DNA of 64,000 nucleotides, taken from contig JAVCCW010000028.1 in NCBI GenBank assembly GCA_030765235.1, forward strand, positions 24,744-88,743, read 5' to 3'. Below the pieces are notes generated by a model. It was not told the DNA's origin. It did no database searches and was given only the letters and a program-made list of their open reading frames with translations. Shown here piece by piece: positions 18,216-26,424 of this stretch. Position 1 is the stretch's first letter, and the number at the start of each line of letters is the position of its first letter. The position numbers were made by a program, and so were the translations under genes. This DNA comes from Candidatus Gorgyraea atricola. Lineage in GTDB: Bacteria > Omnitrophota > Gorgyraeia > Gorgyraeales > Gorgyraeaceae.

Positions 18216-19916
18216 ATGCTGATTAAAAAAACTATACTCTTAGGTGAAAGGCTTATCCAGAAAGGCCTGATTTCTCGTCGGGAACTAGATAAGGGTTTGA
18301 AGGAGCACGAGAAAACAGGCCTTTTTCTTGGGACTACTCTGGTAAGGCTTGGTTTTATCAGTGAAGAAGAACTGTATCCTATTCTTGCCGAGCAGTTGAA
18401 GATGGAGTATGTTAAGATAAAAGAACTTACTATTGATTCCGTGATTTTTGAAAAAGTCCCTGCCAGATATGCCTGCCATTACAGGCTCATGCCAGTAAAA
18501 TTTGATAAAGACATTTTGAGTGTTGCGGTCTCAGATCCTCTGGATATTAGGTCACTGGATGACCTGAGACTTCTTCTGGGTTGTGATGTGATCGGGTTAT
18601 TGGCAACTGAGTCAGACATAACCGAGGCCATCAGGAAATATTATGGCATTGGCGCAGAGACCATAGAAGAGATAGTGGATACGGGCGATATGGCCAAAGA
18701 TATAGAGCTGTCAGCAAAGACAACAGAGGATATAGAGGATCTTGCAGAGGACGCGTCGATTATAAAATTTGTAAATCAGGTCCTGGTGCAGGCAGTTAAA
18801 GACAGGGTCACGGATATTCATATTGAGCCGTATGAGGATGAGCTTAAGGTACGATACAGGGTGGATGGTGTTTTGTACGATATCCCAATCCCGCAGAATA
18901 TAAAATATTTTCAGGCTGCTATTGTTTCCAGGATAAAAATTATGGCGAGCCTGGATATTGCTGAGCGCAGGCTCCCGCAGGATGGGAGGATAAAGATCAA
19001 GGTAGGAGGGGAAGAACTGGATCTAAGGATATCCATACTTCCCACGCAGTTTGGAGAAAGCGTTGATATCAGGCTTTTAAGCGGCACAATGCTGTATAGC
19101 CTGAAGAATCTTGGACTTTCTTCTTCTGATCAAAAGATCATGGAAGTCCTTATCAAAAAGCCGCACGGGATCATATTTGTAACAGGACCTACAGGCAGCG
19201 GAAAGACTACTACGCTTTACGCGTGTTTATCCAAGATAAACAACAAAGACAAAAAGATCATTACCATAGAAGACCCCATAGAATATCAATTAAAGGGCGT
19301 GACGCAGATCCAGATCCACCCTCGCATTGGGCTTAGTTTCGCAGCAGGTCTGCGCTCAATGCTTCGTCATGACCCAGATATCATGATGGTGGGCGAGGTA
19401 AGGGATTTTGAAACAGCAGAGATAACTATTCGCGTTGCATTGACAGGGCATCTCGTGTTCAGTACTTTGCATACAAATGATGCTGCAGGAGGCATGGCGC
19501 GTTTGTTGGATATGGGTGTGGAGCCATATCTTGCTGCGAGTTCTGTTGAATGTTTTGCTGCGCAGCGCCTTGTAAGGCTGATCTGTCCGAAGTGTAAGAT
19601 TGAGAAAAGACCTGATAAAAAGGTCTTGAAGGAATTTGGAATAAAAGAGAAAAATATAAGTAAGGTAATTATTTTTGAGGGAAAAGGATGTGAGTCATGC
19701 AAGTTTACAGGCTACAGGGGCCGCACAGGCATATATGAGTTTTTACTTATGCATGAAGAGATCCGAGAACTAGTTCTTCACCGCTCATCAGCTGACCAGA
19801 TAAAGAAAAAGGCATTGGAGTTAGGCATGCACACGCTCCGCATGGATGGATGGGAAAAAGTGAAAAAGGGCCTGACAACGATAGACGAGGTGATCAGGGT
19901 TACAAAGGAAGACTAA
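18216..19916 (+). CDS. gspE: Type II secretion/pilus assembly ATPase GspE/PilB
   Basis: MshEN-like LGERLIQKGLIS...LGTTLVRLG, ERRLPQDGR, GPTGSGKTTTLY, TIEDPIE, LRHDPDIMMVGEVRD, CPKC...CESC. Confidence 0.93.
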   Translation: MLIKKTILLGERLIQKGLISRRELDKGLKEHEKTGLFLGTTLVRLGFISEEELYPILAEQLKMEYVKIKELTIDSVIFEKVPARYACHYRLMPVKFDKDILSVAVSDPLDIRSLDDLRLLLGCDVIGLLATESDITEAIRKYYGIGAETIEEIVDTGDMAKDIELSAKTTEDIEDLAEDASIIKFVNQVLVQAVKDRVTDIHIEPYEDELKVRYRVDGVLYDIPIPQNIKYFQAAIVSRIKIMASLDIAERRLPQDGRIKIKVGGEELDLRISILPTQFGESVDIRLLSGTMLYSLKNLGLSSSDQKIMEVLIKKPHGIIFVTGPTGSGKTTTLYACLSKINNKDKKIITIEDPIEYQLKGVTQIQIHPRIGLSFAAGLRSMLRHDPDIMMVGEVRDFETAEITIRVALTGHLVFSTLHTNDAAGGMARLLDMGVEPYLAASSVECFAAQRLVRLICPKCKIEKRPDKKVLKEFGIKEKNISKVIIFEGKGCESCKFTGYRGRTGIYEFLLMHEEIRELVLHRSSADQIKKKALELGMHTLRMDGWEKVKKGLTTIDEVIRVTKED

Positions 19917-21101
19917 ATGCCTAAATTTATTTACAAAGCGAAAAAAGGGCCGAAAGAGATTATAGAGGGAAAGATCGAGGCTGAATCAGAGGCCCAGGCT
20001 GTAAAGCAGCTCATGCAGCAGGGCTATTATCCTATATGGGTTAAAGAGACCTCGACCTTAGCCTCACAAAAAAGAAGACCTGTAAAAACAAAGGACCTTG
20101 CGATTTTTACAAGGCAGCTCTCAGAGCTCTTGGATTCAGGCCTGGCCCTGTACGAGGCATTAAATATAATTGAAAATCAAATAGAGCTGCCGGGGTTAAA
20201 AGAGATCATAAGAGGTATTAGGGAAAAGGTAAGGGATGGCAATACCTTTTCTGAATCTTTGAAAGACTACCCAGGTGTTTTTTCAGAATTATATGTAAAT
20301 CTGGTTCGCTCAGGTGAGGCAGGGAGCATGCTTAGGGACGTGCTCAATAATATCGCGGATTTTCTGGAAAAAGAAGAGGATGTAAAGTCCAGGGTATTGG
20401 CTGCACTGGCATATCCAATGCTGATGCTGATCGTAGGTGCTGGTACAATATTTATTCTAACAGGATTTGTTATTCCAAAATTGGCCAATATGTTTATTGA
20501 GATGGGCGAGGTCTTACCTCTTCCCACAAGGATGCTTATTGGATTTAGTGATTTTATAAGGAGTTACTGGATATTATTAGCCATTTTTATAGGTGGCGCG
20601 ATATTTTTTGTTGCAAGGAGTAAATCCAAGGGGGCTATAGACAGGTTCAAATTAAAATTGCCTATTATTGGAGCGCTAGTAAGGGATAGTGAGCTTGCTA
20701 GATTCTCACGCACGCTTTCAATGCTTCTTAAAAATGGCGTGGCGATTCTTTCTGCATTAAAGATTACCTCTGATGTAATCGAAAATGAGGTTGTAAAAGC
20801 CGAGGCGCTTAGGATCTATAATGATGTTAGAGAAGGTTCATCGCTTGCAGCTGCGATAAAAAAGAATACCAGCTTTCCCCAGTTTATCGTAAATATGGCA
20901 ACGATAGGAGAAGAGGGTGGGATGCTGGATAAGACCTTACTTAAGGCTGCAAAGAGTTACGAGCTCGAGAGCGACAGAAAGATCAAGATACTCTCATCTC
21001 TTTTAGAGCCAGCTATAATATTGATCATGGGTGTGGTAGTAGGTTTTATCGTAATATCAATGCTTTTGCCAGTATTTCAGATATCGTTGACTGCACATTG
21101 A
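19917..21101 (+). CDS. gspF: Type II secretion inner-membrane platform GspF/PilC
   Basis: FTRQLSELLDSGL, GEAGSML, LAYP, LPLPTRML, FSRTLSMLLKNGV, GEEGGML, LLEP. Confidence 0.93.
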   Translation: MPKFIYKAKKGPKEIIEGKIEAESEAQAVKQLMQQGYYPIWVKETSTLASQKRRPVKTKDLAIFTRQLSELLDSGLALYEALNIIENQIELPGLKEIIRGIREKVRDGNTFSESLKDYPGVFSELYVNLVRSGEAGSMLRDVLNNIADFLEKEEDVKSRVLAALAYPMLMLIVGAGTIFILTGFVIPKLANMFIEMGEVLPLPTRMLIGFSDFIRSYWILLAIFIGGAIFFVARSKSKGAIDRFKLKLPIIGALVRDSELARFSRTLSMLLKNGVAILSALKITSDVIENEVVKAEALRIYNDVREGSSLAAAIKKNTSFPQFIVNMATIGEEGGMLDKTLLKAAKSYELESDRKIKILSSLLEPAIILIMGVVVGFIVISMLLPVFQISLTAH

Positions 21102-21103
21102 CA

Positions 21104-21134
21104 AATCGCGGAACTTCCGCGTAGTTCAGCGATT
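21104..21134. repeat. Collapsed member of the AATCGCGGAA...TTCAGCGAT array family
   Basis: aatcgcggaacttccgcgtagttcagcgatt has the same termini as 62511-62627. Confidence 0.65.
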
Positions 21135-21150
21135 ACTATAGGAGGTAATT

Positions 21151-21549
21151 ATGAGTAGTCAAAAAGGTTTTACATTGATAGAACTGATGCTTGTCGTAAT
21201 AATCATAGGGGTGCTTGCGTCATTAGTAGTGCCCAGGCTTGTGGGCCGTTCAGAAGAGGCAAGGATTGCCGCTGCAAAGGCAGATATAAATGCCAATATT
21301 TCAGTGGCGCTTGATCTATATGAGCTGGACAATGGAAAATACCCGTCTGACCTGAATGCCTTAAAGGCAAAATCAGGCTCGGACGCAAACTGGAAAGGCC
21401 CATATCTTAAAAGAAGCGTAAAAGATCCATGGGGAAATTCTTATGTATACAGAAGCCCAGGGGATCATGACACTGATTACGATCTTTATTCTTATGGCCC
21501 TGACGCTGCAGAGGGCGGAGGCGATGATATTACGAACTGGGAAGAATAA
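21151..21549 (+). CDS. gspG: Major pseudopilin GspG
   Basis: GFTLIELMLVVIIIG, ALDLYELDNGKYP, WKGPYLK...DPWGNSYVY, DLYSYGPD...DDITNW. Confidence 0.95.
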   Translation: MSSQKGFTLIELMLVVIIIGVLASLVVPRLVGRSEEARIAAAKADINANISVALDLYELDNGKYPSDLNALKAKSGSDANWKGPYLKRSVKDPWGNSYVYRSPGDHDTDYDLYSYGPDAAEGGGDDITNWEE

Positions 21550-21784
21550 AAAAGGGATTTTATTGCTGGAAGTATTAGTCAGCACTACGATTCTTTCAGT
21601 TTGTTTTATATTTATAATAAGTTCTTTTACGAGATCTATAAGGGCGATAGACCTCTCAGGGGATTATTTCAGGCTAGGCCTGGTTCTTGAGCAGGAATTA
21701 TACGAGGCCCTTGATTGCGAATTAAAACAAGGTCTTCCGGATTTTGACAAAATTTATGAAGAAAAAAGGGTTTACCCTGATTGA
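21524..21784 (+). CDS. Short minor pseudopilin (GspI-like)
   Basis: From ATG 21524: KKGILLLEVLVS, a type IV pilin-like leader with a hydrophobic helix; lies between gspG and gspJ. Confidence 0.7.
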   Translation: MILRTGKNKKGILLLEVLVSTTILSVCFIFIISSFTRSIRAIDLSGDYFRLGLVLEQELYEALDCELKQGLPDFDKIYEEKRVYPD

Positions 21785-22325
21785 GCTTATAATTAGTGTA
21801 ACAATATTTAGCATAGTAATCGTTTCAGTTTATGGCGTGTTTTATATGGGTTTAAAGACATGGAGGCGCGCTCAAGGAGAAAAATCCCTGCAAGAGATAC
21901 GCATGGCATTTTTAAAGATGGAAAAGGAACTGAAAAATACATTCTTCTTTTCTGACACCAAATTTAAAGGCACGTCAAAAGACATGTCTTTTCCTTTAGT
22001 TGTCTCAGATAAAGTTTATACAATTACCTATAGCGTGAACGAAAATGAAGATAGCGGACTAAGTCAAATTCTGAGAACAAAAGACGAAGAAGAAAAAGAG
22101 ATATCGCCTCCAATGAAGTCTATTAAATTTCAATATGCTGCTATGGCCGAAGATATCGAATGGAAGGATAATTGGAATGAAGATGACCTTCCTTCTGGCA
22201 TAAGGATTTCTTTAGAGGATGAGGAGACTTGCCCCGTGCCTTTTGCAGATAGAGCAAAAAGCAAAAGGCATGGGGTTTACAGCAAGACCATTTTTCTTAA
22301 ACAGCCGGATTTTAAGATACAATGA
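21756..22325 (+). CDS. gspJ: Minor pseudopilin GspJ-like
   Basis: MKKKGFTLIELIIS leader; C-terminal W..NW..DDLPSGIRI typical of GspJ. Confidence 0.8.
   Translation: MKKKGFTLIELIISVTIFSIVIVSVYGVFYMGLKTWRRAQGEKSLQEIRMAFLKMEKELKNTFFFSDTKFKGTSKDMSFPLVVSDKVYTITYSVNENEDSGLSQILRTKDEEEKEISPPMKSIKFQYAAMAEDIEWKDNWNEDDLPSGIRISLEDEETCPVPFADRAKSKRHGVYSKTIFLKQPDFKIQ
22227..22275 (-). repeat. Hairpin element related to the 36-nt element, in frame in gspJ
   Basis: CCCCGTGCCTTTTGC-N14-GCAAAAGGCATGGGG. The minus strand reads CCCCAT...ACGGGGCAAGT, resembling CCCCAT...ACGGGGCAGGC. Confidence 0.75.
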
Positions 22326-23110
22326 AGAAAAAAGGAAGCATCTTGATATTTACATTGTGGGTGTTAATTATTTTAGCCATCCTTAGTGTGATTATTTCTC
22401 GTCGGGCATCTACTGATGTAAGGCTGGCAAAATACGAGGCTGATAGCATAAAAGGCACTTATTTTGCAAAGGCAGGTGTCATGAAGATGCTTGTAGAACT
22501 TACTAAAGATAAAAATGGGTACGACAGCTTAGATGAGGACTGGAATAGAGGTAAGGATAATCCAAAGGAATTGACATTGAAAAATGATACAGTACTCTAT
22601 GGCGCATCTGATGAAGCAGCCAGATTAAATCTGAATCATTGCACAATAGATAACCTTAAGAACCTGGGACTTGAAGATGATATTGCTAATAATATATTAA
22701 AGTATAGGACGGATCATAATAAGGACTTTGAGTTTATGGAAGAGTTGTTTCTGGTAGAGGCTATGACGCGAGAGGTGTATAATACAATTAAGGATCTAGT
22801 TACGATTTATAGAGGAGATGAGGTCAAGGTAAACATAAATACTGCATCTTCAGATGTACTGATGGCAGTTGTGGGCGATCCAGTTTTAGTACAGGCGATA
22901 GTAGATTATAGAAATAACGATGATATGTTTACAAATACTAGTGATATCAGCATGATACAAGGATTGGATCCAGCTATGTTTAACTGGGAGTCTAATATCT
23001 TTCGCATATGGGCAGAGGCTGTTCTGGCAGATGATACTGATGCAACAAAAACTGCTGAAGCTATAGTCGATAGGACATCAGGAAAGATCTATCATTGGAG
23101 GGAAGATTGA
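22322..23110 (+). CDS. gspK: Minor pseudopilin GspK
   Basis: KKGSILIFTLWVL, YDSLDEDW, DEAARLNLN, EELFLV, KVNINTAS, SNIFRI. Confidence 0.88.
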   Translation: MKKKGSILIFTLWVLIILAILSVIISRRASTDVRLAKYEADSIKGTYFAKAGVMKMLVELTKDKNGYDSLDEDWNRGKDNPKELTLKNDTVLYGASDEAARLNLNHCTIDNLKNLGLEDDIANNILKYRTDHNKDFEFMEELFLVEAMTREVYNTIKDLVTIYRGDEVKVNINTASSDVLMAVVGDPVLVQAIVDYRNNDDMFTNTSDISMIQGLDPAMFNWESNIFRIWAEAVLADDTDATKTAEAIVDRTSGKIYHWRED

Positions 23111-24225
23111 TAATCATACCGCGGCATCAAGTCTTTGTTAAGTTCGTGGACGTACCATCTCTAGACGAATCTGAGATAGCGAAGATGGCAGAATTTCAGA
23201 TCGTGAAGGAGATCCCGCATCCAAAAGAAGATTTGATAATCAGCTATAGAAATCTTGACTCCCATAGAGAAGGTTTCTCATCACTCATGCTAACAGTTGT
23301 TACCAGAGATGTGATAGAGGAAAAGATTGACGAGGCTGCTCATGTAGATAGCATAAGACTATATAGTGAGCTATTATATCTATTCCTGTTAAAAGAGAAT
23401 GTGGTAAGCCAGGATAAGGTAAGTCTTATTATTCATGTTAGAGAAGAAGACTCAGAGATAATGATAATAGATCGCTCACGGCTGATATTTTCCAGAGGTT
23501 TTAAGGATAGGCACGCATTTTTAGGTGAGATAGAGCGTTCAATTTTAGCCTATAAAAGAGAAAAGGCAAATCCTGAGATAGAAGATATAATTATAGTACG
23601 CCATTCAGGTGTGAATATCGACGATAAAATAGAAAAGATAAAGGCACAGTTTACGATTCCTGTAAGGTTTCATGAATATAGCCAGGATTTGAGTCTGCTT
23701 GATCTGGGGCCTCAGATCGACCTTATGCCAAAGGAGATCAGTCATAAAAGACGTGGTTTAGTAAAGAGGCGCGAGTCCATAGTTACATATTCTCTTGTAG
23801 GAGTGGTTATTGTATTATTTTCTATTTTACTTTATTCAAAGATTCACCAGAAAAATAAAATTATAGGCGCGATTTCTACAAAGGTAGAAGAAGTGGACGC
23901 AAGGATAGAAGGTTTGGACGAGATCCTTAAAAAGACCGAGGCTGTAAAGGATCATTTAGAAAAGGGTAGTTTTATTATAAAGGTTTTAGAGGATTTTTAT
24001 CTAACAGTCCCCCAAGATATATCAATTTCAGGCTTAGATTATGATGGAAAGGATAATATTTTCTATAAAGGCAATTCAAAGGCCATGGCTACTCTCCTAA
24101 ATTACGTAAAAAGACTGGAGAATTCCAAGTATTTCAGCAAGGTGGAAGTTAAATATGCTACAAAGAAAAAGGTAAAGGGAGAAGAGATAGTAGATTTTAA
24201 TCTAAGGTGTCAATTAAAGCCATGA
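23095..24225 (+). CDS. GspL-like (PilM-PilN fused) assembly platform protein
   Basis: Degenerate actin-like N-domain, one TM helix, PilN-like C-terminus (LENSKYFSKVEV); position after gspK. Confidence 0.7.
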   Translation: MEGRLIIIPRHQVFVKFVDVPSLDESEIAKMAEFQIVKEIPHPKEDLIISYRNLDSHREGFSSLMLTVVTRDVIEEKIDEAAHVDSIRLYSELLYLFLLKENVVSQDKVSLIIHVREEDSEIMIIDRSRLIFSRGFKDRHAFLGEIERSILAYKREKANPEIEDIIIVRHSGVNIDDKIEKIKAQFTIPVRFHEYSQDLSLLDLGPQIDLMPKEISHKRRGLVKRRESIVTYSLVGVVIVLFSILLYSKIHQKNKIIGAISTKVEEVDARIEGLDEILKKTEAVKDHLEKGSFIIKVLEDFYLTVPQDISISGLDYDGKDNIFYKGNSKAMATLLNYVKRLENSKYFSKVEVKYATKKKVKGEEIVDFNLRCQLKP

Positions 24226-24722
24226 ATATTTCCAAGCGAGAAAAATATATATCTATTATTGCTACTGGAGTTGTCGTATTGGCGCTGGCGTATAATTTTT
24301 TAATAGATCCACTTTTCAAAAAATGGCATAATTTTAATAATGATATAATAAAAAATGAAATTGCCTTAAAGAAAGGCTTGAAATTGCTGGAGAATAGAAA
24401 TGATATTATCAAAGAGTATAATAGCTATGCATCCACTACCAGGACGCTTTCAAGGATTTTGAGTTACATAGAAAAACATGCCATTTCAACAGGTGTAAAA
24501 ACAGCCAATATAAAGCCAAGGCCAGTTGTTGAAAAAGGCTATTATAAGGAATATGTCATTGAGCTGCAGGTAGAAGGCACATTTTCCGCTATCAACAAGT
24601 TCGCATCTAAGATCATAGAACCCCCTTTGCTAATCACCATAAAAAAATTCGACCTAAGAACCCCCACAGACACTCCATCCACCCTAAAAGGTACCCTAAT
24701 TCTCTCCAAACCCCTAATTTAA
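24222..24722 (+). CDS. GspM/PilO-like protein
   Basis: SKREK plus an N-terminal TM helix, a coiled coil and IELQVEGTF; follows the gspL-like gene. Confidence 0.72.
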   Translation: MNISKREKYISIIATGVVVLALAYNFLIDPLFKKWHNFNNDIIKNEIALKKGLKLLENRNDIIKEYNSYASTTRTLSRILSYIEKHAISTGVKTANIKPRPVVEKGYYKEYVIELQVEGTFSAINKFASKIIEPPLLITIKKFDLRTPTDTPSTLKGTLILSKPLI

Positions 24723-24778
24723 CTTTACACTTAACCAAGGCTTAAGTGTAAAGTAGGCCAGGTTTAAACCTGGCCTAC
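24722..24778. repeat. Two abutting hairpins, the second a GTAG-type REP-like palindrome
   Basis: ACTTTACACTTAA-ccaaggc-TTAAGTGTAAAGT (24722-24754) overlaps GTAGGCCAGGTTTAAACCTGGCCTAC (24753-24778). Confidence 0.85.
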
Positions 24779-24798
24779 AGAGAAGTTAGGAGTTGACC

Positions 24799-24872
24799 TT
24801 GACAATAAGGAAATCGTGGGGCATACTTACTCTCTATATGGAGAGTGAACTCTCACTCTCTACTTGGAGAGC
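24799..24872 (+). promoter_or_regulatory. Promoter with two tandem palindromic operators upstream of the MerR-like gene
   Basis: TTGACA(24799)-17 nt-CATACT; ACTCTCtatatgGAGAGT (24829-24846) and ACTCTCtacttgGAGAGc (24855-24872). Confidence 0.65.
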
Positions 24873-24873
24873 T

Positions 24874-25110
24874 ATGAATAAGATATATTTGATTAAAGAT
24901 CTGGCAAGGCTAAGTGGACACACAGTGCACACTGTGAAGTATTACCTTAATATAGGTGTCATAAAGGAGATTGGCAGGAGTCCAGAGACTAACTTTAGAT
25001 ACTTTGATGATGTAGTGCTTGAGAGATTGAAAAAGGTGAGGGATTTGCGCAGACAGAATAAAGGCCTTGCAGAGATAAAGGAGTTACTCGGGTCAGATGT
25101 CGTATTATAA
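24874..25110 (+). CDS. MerR-family HTH protein (DNA-binding domain only, 78 aa)
   Basis: YLIKDLARLSGHTVHTVKYYLNIGVI...NFRYFD...LAEIKELL; ATG 24874 follows GGAG. Confidence 0.85.
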   Translation: MNKIYLIKDLARLSGHTVHTVKYYLNIGVIKEIGRSPETNFRYFDDVVLERLKKVRDLRRQNKGLAEIKELLGSDVVL

Positions 25111-25924
25111 TATTCTCAATCTCAATAAAGAGCCATTTTCAACAAGTCCAGATCCTTATTTTTTATATCCATCCACGTCTCATCAGCAGGCACTGCAGAG
25201 GCTTGAGATCGCGATCAGGCTTAAGAGAGGGCTGAGCGTGATTTTAGGAGACGTGGGGATCGGGAAGACCACGCTTGCCCGCGCGCTTGTCCAGAATCTA
25301 AATCAGGATCACACTATAGTTACTCACATGATCTTTGATCCTACCTATGATTCAGAGTTTCAGTTTGTTGTTTACCTGGCAAAACTTTTTGGCATAAGAC
25401 CAAATTTTCGTTCAGCCCTTGATTATAAAGAGGCCATAGAGAGGTTTTTATTTAAAAAATGCGTGGATGAGGAAAATATTGTCGTGCTTATTATTGACGA
25501 GGCTCAGAAATTGAGCGCATCCAGCCTGGAGATATTGCGCACGCTCCTGAACTACGAAACTAATGAATACAAACTTCTCCAGCTCGTGATTATAGGTCAA
25601 ACAGAGCTTCTGCCTAAATTAAAAAGGATAAGAAATTTTTCAGACAGGGTTTCGCTGAAGTATATGATCAACCCGTTTGATATAAATGAGACCAGGGCCA
25701 TGATACAGTTTAGACTGAAGCAGGCTGGTTATAATTCAGGAAAAGGTCTTTTTAGTAATAATGCAATGGATATGATCTACCAGTATACACAGGGCTATCC
25801 GCGGCAGATAGCAAATATCTGTCATCTCGCATTAGAAGAATTTTTAATGCAAGAGAGGTCCGTGGTGGATACTGATTTAATAGACGAGGTAATAGAACGC
25901 GATAGAAAGGTGGATCTGGATTAA
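25097..25924 (+). CDS. ExeA/GspA-family AAA ATPase
   Basis: EPFSTSPDPYFLY, GDVGIGKTTL, LIIDEAQKL, LQLVIIGQTEL, GYPRQIANIC. Confidence 0.88.
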   Translation: MSYYNILNLNKEPFSTSPDPYFLYPSTSHQQALQRLEIAIRLKRGLSVILGDVGIGKTTLARALVQNLNQDHTIVTHMIFDPTYDSEFQFVVYLAKLFGIRPNFRSALDYKEAIERFLFKKCVDEENIVVLIIDEAQKLSASSLEILRTLLNYETNEYKLLQLVIIGQTELLPKLKRIRNFSDRVSLKYMINPFDINETRAMIQFRLKQAGYNSGKGLFSNNAMDMIYQYTQGYPRQIANICHLALEEFLMQERSVVDTDLIDEVIERDRKVDLD

Positions 25925-26409
25925 TGGCTGGTATGACTTCAGAAGGGAAACTTCTTAATCTCATAAAAGATGCGCAGAAAAAACGTAAGCTCAGGAAGGA
26001 TTTAAAGGTGTTTACGAAAATAAACATTGTCTTGATCGTTCTTATATTGGTTATACTTATTGTGTTTTTAGTGGATTTTCTCACCCCTGACCAAGAGAGG
26101 TCTAAGCTCATGGTAGAGCTGCCAAAGGAAGATGGAGCAGTTTTGCCTCTAGTAGAGGACGTGGATATAGAGGAAGAGATAGTGATTGAAGAAAAATCTC
26201 TTGCCTCAAAAGAGGAATTAGTAAAGGACTTGGCTGTGCTGGGCATCATCACAGGTGATAGCGACCAGGTTATAATAGAAGACAAGAGTGCAGGAAAGAC
26301 CTTTTTTCTTTACAAAGACGATAGTTTCGGAGATTTTAAGATTATCGAAATAAAAGATAATGGCGTGACCTTAGATTATAAAGGTGAAAAAATAGAATTG
26401 AATATGTAA
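25924..26409 (+). CDS. Bitopic membrane protein, GspC/PilP-like
   Basis: One TM helix, then LGIITG..QVIIEDK..KTFFLYKDD..IIEIK..GVTL, resembling a GspC HR domain; precedes the secretin. Confidence 0.6.
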   Translation: MAGMTSEGKLLNLIKDAQKKRKLRKDLKVFTKINIVLIVLILVILIVFLVDFLTPDQERSKLMVELPKEDGAVLPLVEDVDIEEEIVIEEKSLASKEELVKDLAVLGIITGDSDQVIIEDKSAGKTFFLYKDDSFGDFKIIEIKDNGVTLDYKGEKIELNM

Positions 26410-26424
26410 AAGGGGAGGTTTCCG

